Positions 20,251 through 24,000 of a stretch of 24,000 bases of DNA are shown one piece after another. Position numbers and translations under genes: made by a program. The first letter of the stretch is position 1; each line of letters begins with the position of its first letter. The DNA is from Candidatus Saccharibacteria bacterium RIFCSPHIGHO2_12_FULL_47_17 (GTDB lineage: Bacteria; Patescibacteriota; Saccharimonadia; Saccharimonadales; UBA10212). The stretch spans positions 7,870 through 31,869 of the forward strand of contig MGCV01000001.1 of assembly GCA_001790575.1 (NCBI GenBank), written 5' to 3'. Under the pieces are notes generated by a model. It saw only the letters and a program-made list of their open reading frames with translations. It did not search any database and was not told where the DNA came from.

Positions 20251-21816
20251 ATGAAATTAAGCATCCTTCTAAGATACAAAAACCTTATTCTGGCCCTGGT
20301 CCTAATACTAGGTTCGATCATCCTAATTAATAACTTCTTACTGACGAGTACTTTAAAAGTCGAGGTTAGCAAGGCCGTATCAGATCAAAAAATAACCCTC
20401 AGACTAAACGACTTAAATGGCAAAACTGTTGCAACTAAAGAGCTAAATAAGAAAAAAGCTGCCAATTTTCGCTTGCCAATCGGTAGTTTTAGCGTCTCGG
20501 CGATCCAAGATGATAGCGAAACTATCGGTCAGGCAAAAACAGTCCGCTTCAAATCGTCTGAACTAAAACTCGATTTGGAGCCACAACGAGCCGTCAGCAA
20601 AATCGGCAGCGAAAGTTTGGGCTGTGACATAGTTGTTAACAACATCTTGTATAGCTACGCTTGCGCTAAGGAGAGCTTCATTCTAAGACACGATAGGCCC
20701 GGGCAATTCGTTAATCCCACGCCGATATTGTCAAGCATATTCCAACTGCCTATAACCAGTTCCTCGCCAAACGGCCTATTAGCAAAGCTTCAGCCTGAGG
20801 ATGCAGCCCCAAGCCTAAATATTATTGATTTAGCAAATGATAGTACCTCTCCAATTTATACCCGAGAAGGGCTGGACATTAGTTCATCGCTAATAGTTAC
20901 TGATGTAGCCAATGCGTCCTCAAATCAACGTTTTCTGGCTATCGATCAAAACGGCGCGATTTATAGCTACCAAAATATTCAAGATAAAAATCCCAAAAAA
21001 ATTGAGCTACCTGATAACAAAAATTTAAAGGCATCAATTGATCTTCTGGCCAAAGACTACAGTTTATTTAATAACAAATTTTTGGTTTATGTTGGTAAAA
21101 CCGAATCGCTAGGTGATAATCCGGAAGCTATAAAAGCGCAATCAGCGATTGAAAGAGGCTTCTTATATATTGCCGACCTTGGTCATTCTAAACCAGAATT
21201 TAAAATAATTGAGTCGCCAAAAGAGGTCAGTAACAACGATATTCAACTTATTGATGACTCCAATTTGGCGCTGTTAAAAAACGGCGGGCTGTATGTGTAC
21301 AGGCTTGACAATAACAAGGTAGATCTTAAGGCTCACTTTACTGGTACTAATCAGGTCGTAGTTAGAAACGGCGGCACTGCCTGGTTTATCAGAAACAATG
21401 GTGTCTATAAATATAATGTAGAAACAAATCAAGCAATTAAGGTTTTTCAGTCGACTCATCTCAAGCCTTCGCAAGTCTTTACCATAGGCGATCAAGTCAG
21501 CTTCAATGCATTTATAGAAAATGACGAATCAAATGTACTTCACAGTTACCTAATCAGCGATAGTGCTGCAATAAAACCTCGACTAGAGGATAAACTACCA
21601 TATACCAGTAAAAGTGGGTTGTCCATTCTTAAAATGGATTACTCCGATAGTCAAATTTGGGTGCAGCTGGCATTAACTTCATTAGCGACAGATAAAGAAA
21701 CACGGCGTGTGTCATATGAACAAACTGAGTTCGATGCCGCCAAACAGAAAGTCTTGGAGCGTTTAAAGGTGGATGGTTTTGATCTCAATAAATATCAAGT
21801 TTTCTTCACTAACTAA
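20251..21816 (+). CDS. Hypothetical single-pass membrane-anchored protein, low GC, probably beta-rich ectodomain
   Basis: 521 aa. N-terminal anchor LILALVLILGSIILINNFLL. No motif I recognise. Last gene of the rightward unit. Its stop is 7 nt from the convergent recF stop. Confidence 0.5.
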   Translation: MKLSILLRYKNLILALVLILGSIILINNFLLTSTLKVEVSKAVSDQKITLRLNDLNGKTVATKELNKKKAANFRLPIGSFSVSAIQDDSETIGQAKTVRFKSSELKLDLEPQRAVSKIGSESLGCDIVVNNILYSYACAKESFILRHDRPGQFVNPTPILSSIFQLPITSSSPNGLLAKLQPEDAAPSLNIIDLANDSTSPIYTREGLDISSSLIVTDVANASSNQRFLAIDQNGAIYSYQNIQDKNPKKIELPDNKNLKASIDLLAKDYSLFNNKFLVYVGKTESLGDNPEAIKAQSAIERGFLYIADLGHSKPEFKIIESPKEVSNNDIQLIDDSNLALLKNGGLYVYRLDNNKVDLKAHFTGTNQVVVRNGGTAWFIRNNGVYKYNVETNQAIKVFQSTHLKPSQVFTIGDQVSFNAFIENDESNVLHSYLISDSAAIKPRLEDKLPYTSKSGLSILKMDYSDSQIWVQLALTSLATDKETRRVSYEQTEFDAAKQKVLERLKVDGFDLNKYQVFFTN

Positions 21817-21823
21817 TTTACGC

Positions 21824-22873
21824 CTATAGGGGGATGAGGTGGTGGGAGTCAAAGTGGGCGATGACGGAGTCGGCGTCGGTGGTGGTAATTAAGGTCTGAT
21901 GGCCGGTGAGGTGTTCAACCAAGTGCCGGCGGCGGGCACCGTCCAGTTCGGAAAAAACGTCGTCCAGTAAAAGCAGCGGCTTTAGATCCCGGGCTGATTC
22001 CAGTAAATCCAGTTCGGCGATTTTTAAGGCCAACACAATTGAACGCATTTCGCCGCGCGAAGCATGAGAGGCGGCTGGTTTTTTGTTAATAGCTATAAGC
22101 ACGTCTTCGCGGTGCGGGCCGTAGCTGGTGAAACCCAGATTAAAATCACGGTTGGTGTTTTTTTCCAGATGCGACAGCAGGCTAGAGGAATAATTATCAA
22201 TTCGCAAGGGCGTTACGTAATCAAGCTTAATGCTCGTCCTCTTACCGGCAATTTGGCTGTAAACTCGGCCAAGTTTTTTATTAAACGTTTCCAAAAGAGC
22301 ATAACGAGCCTGGACAATTTCCGCCCCCAACTCACTTAATCTGATATTCCAAACGAATAATTGTTGTTGGGCTTTGGCCTGGCCGTGCTTAAGCAGGGCG
22401 TTGCGTTGCGCCACTGCTCGGCGGTATTTGGCAGCCGTGGTTTTAAAGCCGGGCAGGGTTCGTTCTAATAAATCGTCAAGGTAGTCCCGGCGTTGCTCCG
22501 GACCACGAATCATCAGCTGTAAATGGTTAGGCTCAAATAGAACGACCGGTAGGGTTTTATCCAAAGTTAAACGTCGGATAACCTGATTGTTTATTTCGTA
22601 AATCTTCTTGAAGCGATCATCCTCTTTAGTTATTTTTAGAACCCGTTGTTGGCTATCAACCACTGTATCCAAACGAGCCCAATCCGCCCCAAAACGGACA
22701 AGCTCATTCTCACGAGACCTAAATGAACTGCCGCACAAAATTATAAACACCGCCTCTAAAAGGTTGGTCTTACCGCTGGCGTTGGGGCCTACAATAATAT
22801 TGACGCCATCCTCAAATTCAAAACTATCATCTCGATAAGATCGGAAGTTTTGCAAGCGAATAGAATTTAACAT
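21824..22873 (-). CDS. recF: DNA replication and repair protein RecF
   Basis: MLNSIRLQNFRSYRD...VNIIVGPNASGKTNLLEA (Walker A). C-terminal LLLDDVFSELD (Walker B/D-loop). Position downstream of dnaN. Confidence 0.95.
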   Translation of the reverse strand: MLNSIRLQNFRSYRDDSFEFEDGVNIIVGPNASGKTNLLEAVFIILCGSSFRSRENELVRFGADWARLDTVVDSQQRVLKITKEDDRFKKIYEINNQVIRRLTLDKTLPVVLFEPNHLQLMIRGPEQRRDYLDDLLERTLPGFKTTAAKYRRAVAQRNALLKHGQAKAQQQLFVWNIRLSELGAEIVQARYALLETFNKKLGRVYSQIAGKRTSIKLDYVTPLRIDNYSSSLLSHLEKNTNRDFNLGFTSYGPHREDVLIAINKKPAASHASRGEMRSIVLALKIAELDLLESARDLKPLLLLDDVFSELDGARRRHLVEHLTGHQTLITTTDADSVIAHFDSHHLIPL

Positions 22874-22879
22874 TATCTA

Positions 22880-22914
22880 TAGCTTACAGCTTTCGGCTTT
22901 AGGCTTTTAGCTGC
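22880..22914. repeat. Period-7 AGCTTT-type tract in the dnaN-recF spacer
   Basis: tagctta cagcttt cggcttt aggcttt tagctgc. The reverse complement shares AAAGCCGAAAGC with 10155-10166 and AGCCTAAAGC with about 1150-1159. Confidence 0.55.
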
Positions 22915-23992
22915 GGAGGGGCATTATTAGATGCAAATAGTGGGGGTCGTCGTGACTGCGCAGGATGCAAGGCTCCAACTTACCGTTAAAGCAAAATTCA
23001 ATTTGCTCACCCTCAAAAACGTTCAGAGCCTCGATTAGATAGCGCGAATTCAGCGTCACTTCGCCGCCGCCCTTAACTTGAGCATCAGCCGAGGCGGTGT
23101 TTTCACCAACTTGCGAAGCAATCGCATTAATACTAACCTTATCGGCTTCGGCCGAGATGGTAACAGAGCCGGCGCTTTCGCGGGCAAATAGTGACGAAAC
23201 TTTGGTAATGTTCATAAATTCAGCTCGACTGAGTCTGACTGCTGTTTCAAATTTTTTGGGAATTAGCTTTTGATAATCGGGGTAGCTGCCTTCAATCAGA
23301 CGGGCCACCAATATGGTGTCGCCAGTGGCAAAAGACACTTGCTGATCGTCATGAGTGATGGTCAAAGCTTGCGCCTCGTCGGTCATTATCCGCAGAAGAT
23401 CATTAGCGGCAGTATGCGGTAGCAGAAAATTTACATCTGTCTTGGCGGTTGGATATTTATATTCGGCTAAGCGATAACTATCTGTGGACGCAATTATGGT
23501 TTTGTTATCAACCACGTGGAACAAGACACCTGTTAAGACTGGCCGCGAATCATCGGCGCTGGCGGCAAAAACTATCTTTTGCAGCCCTTTTTTGAGTTCA
23601 CCGGTTTTGGTCTTCCAAGTTATGCCGTTTTTAATATCTGGCATAACCGGGAAGTCATCAGCCGCGACGCCGTTTATAACTGATTGGTATCTATCGGCCC
23701 AGATATACAGTTTATCGTCCTTGGTTTCCAGTTTTATGACAGCGTCGGGTAAGTTGTTGACAAAGTCTTGCATTAGGCGAGCGGGAACAGTTAAAGCGCC
23801 TTCTTTCTCGACCTTAGAACCAACTGTTTGGGTAATGGCGATATCAAGATTGGTAGCGGATAGGTTCAAGCGATTTTTATTGGTTTTAATTAAGACATTG
23901 GATAGTATTGGCAAAGTAGCGCGGCCAGAAGCTACTCGGGCAACCATATTTAAGGCTTTAGCTAAATTTTGTTGGGTAACTTGTAACTTCAT
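22907..23992 (-). CDS. dnaN: DNA polymerase III beta sliding clamp
   Basis: 361 aa. MKLQVTQQNLAKALNMVARVASGRATLPILSNVLIKT...LNLSATNLDIAI... is typical of DnaN. dnaN-recF order. Confidence 0.95.
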   Translation of the reverse strand: MKLQVTQQNLAKALNMVARVASGRATLPILSNVLIKTNKNRLNLSATNLDIAITQTVGSKVEKEGALTVPARLMQDFVNNLPDAVIKLETKDDKLYIWADRYQSVINGVAADDFPVMPDIKNGITWKTKTGELKKGLQKIVFAASADDSRPVLTGVLFHVVDNKTIIASTDSYRLAEYKYPTAKTDVNFLLPHTAANDLLRIMTDEAQALTITHDDQQVSFATGDTILVARLIEGSYPDYQKLIPKKFETAVRLSRAEFMNITKVSSLFARESAGSVTISAEADKVSINAIASQVGENTASADAQVKGGGEVTLNSRYLIEALNVFEGEQIEFCFNGKLEPCILRSHDDPHYLHLIMPLRS

Positions 23993-24000
23993 AACAACTA

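Larger units (their letters stand above)
1577..21816. other. T4SS-like gene cluster (two divergent units: pilin array; VirB6-VirB3-VirB4-hydrolases)
   Basis: Sum of the individual calls above. Tight spacing and overlaps within each unit. Confidence 0.7.

Noticed and set aside
1577-21816. Calling the locus an integrative conjugative element or a plasmid fragment
   Set aside because: There is no relaxase, coupling protein, integrase, tRNA target or flanking direct repeats in view. The locus is bounded by housekeeping genes next to dnaN-recF. This cannot be fully excluded without the sequence beyond the window.

Overview
All calls come from reading the sequence and the supplied ORF track by eye. 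No searches or statistics were run. The window looks like an origin-proximal chromosomal region: recF and dnaN lie on the minus strand at the right edge, so dnaA is expected just beyond 24000. The organism appears to be a small-genome, monoderm-type bacterium. Gene content fits Patescibacteria/CPR, Saccharibacteria-like, but this is an inference and not proven. Standard code 11 fits, since TGA is used as a stop in ATGA overlaps.

About 20 kb (1577-21816) is a type IV secretion system (T4SS)-like locus. It is built as two divergent transcription units leaving the spacer at 5147-5275.
- Leftward unit: seven tandem VirB2/TrbC-like pilin paralogues. A GIY-YIG nuclease gene is embedded among them through ATGA stop/start overlaps.
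- Rightward unit, in order: a 1604-aa VirB6/TrbL-like polytopic giant; a PrgI/VirB3-like protein; a 297-aa protein resembling the non-ATPase N-domain of Gram-positive VirB4s; a VirB4 ATPase; a 1485-aa membrane protein ending in an M15/VanY-type peptidase domain; a lytic-transglycosylase + M23 peptidase protein; and a low-GC membrane-anchored 521-aa protein.
- No VirD4, relaxase, VirB11, integrase, tRNA, rRNA or CRISPR array is visible.

Left of the locus are a truncated comF-family gene, hsp20 and an Avd-like four-helix-bundle gene.

Non-coding observations:
- Nearly every spacer longer than 30 nt can be parsed into degenerate 7-nt tandem units, in at least two sequence families.
- An element of about 87 nt forming the 5' end of the GIY-YIG ORF recurs in inverted orientation just downstream of virB4.
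- A perfect 13-bp terminator-like hairpin straddles the start codon of the last pilin gene and carries TATAAT in its loop.
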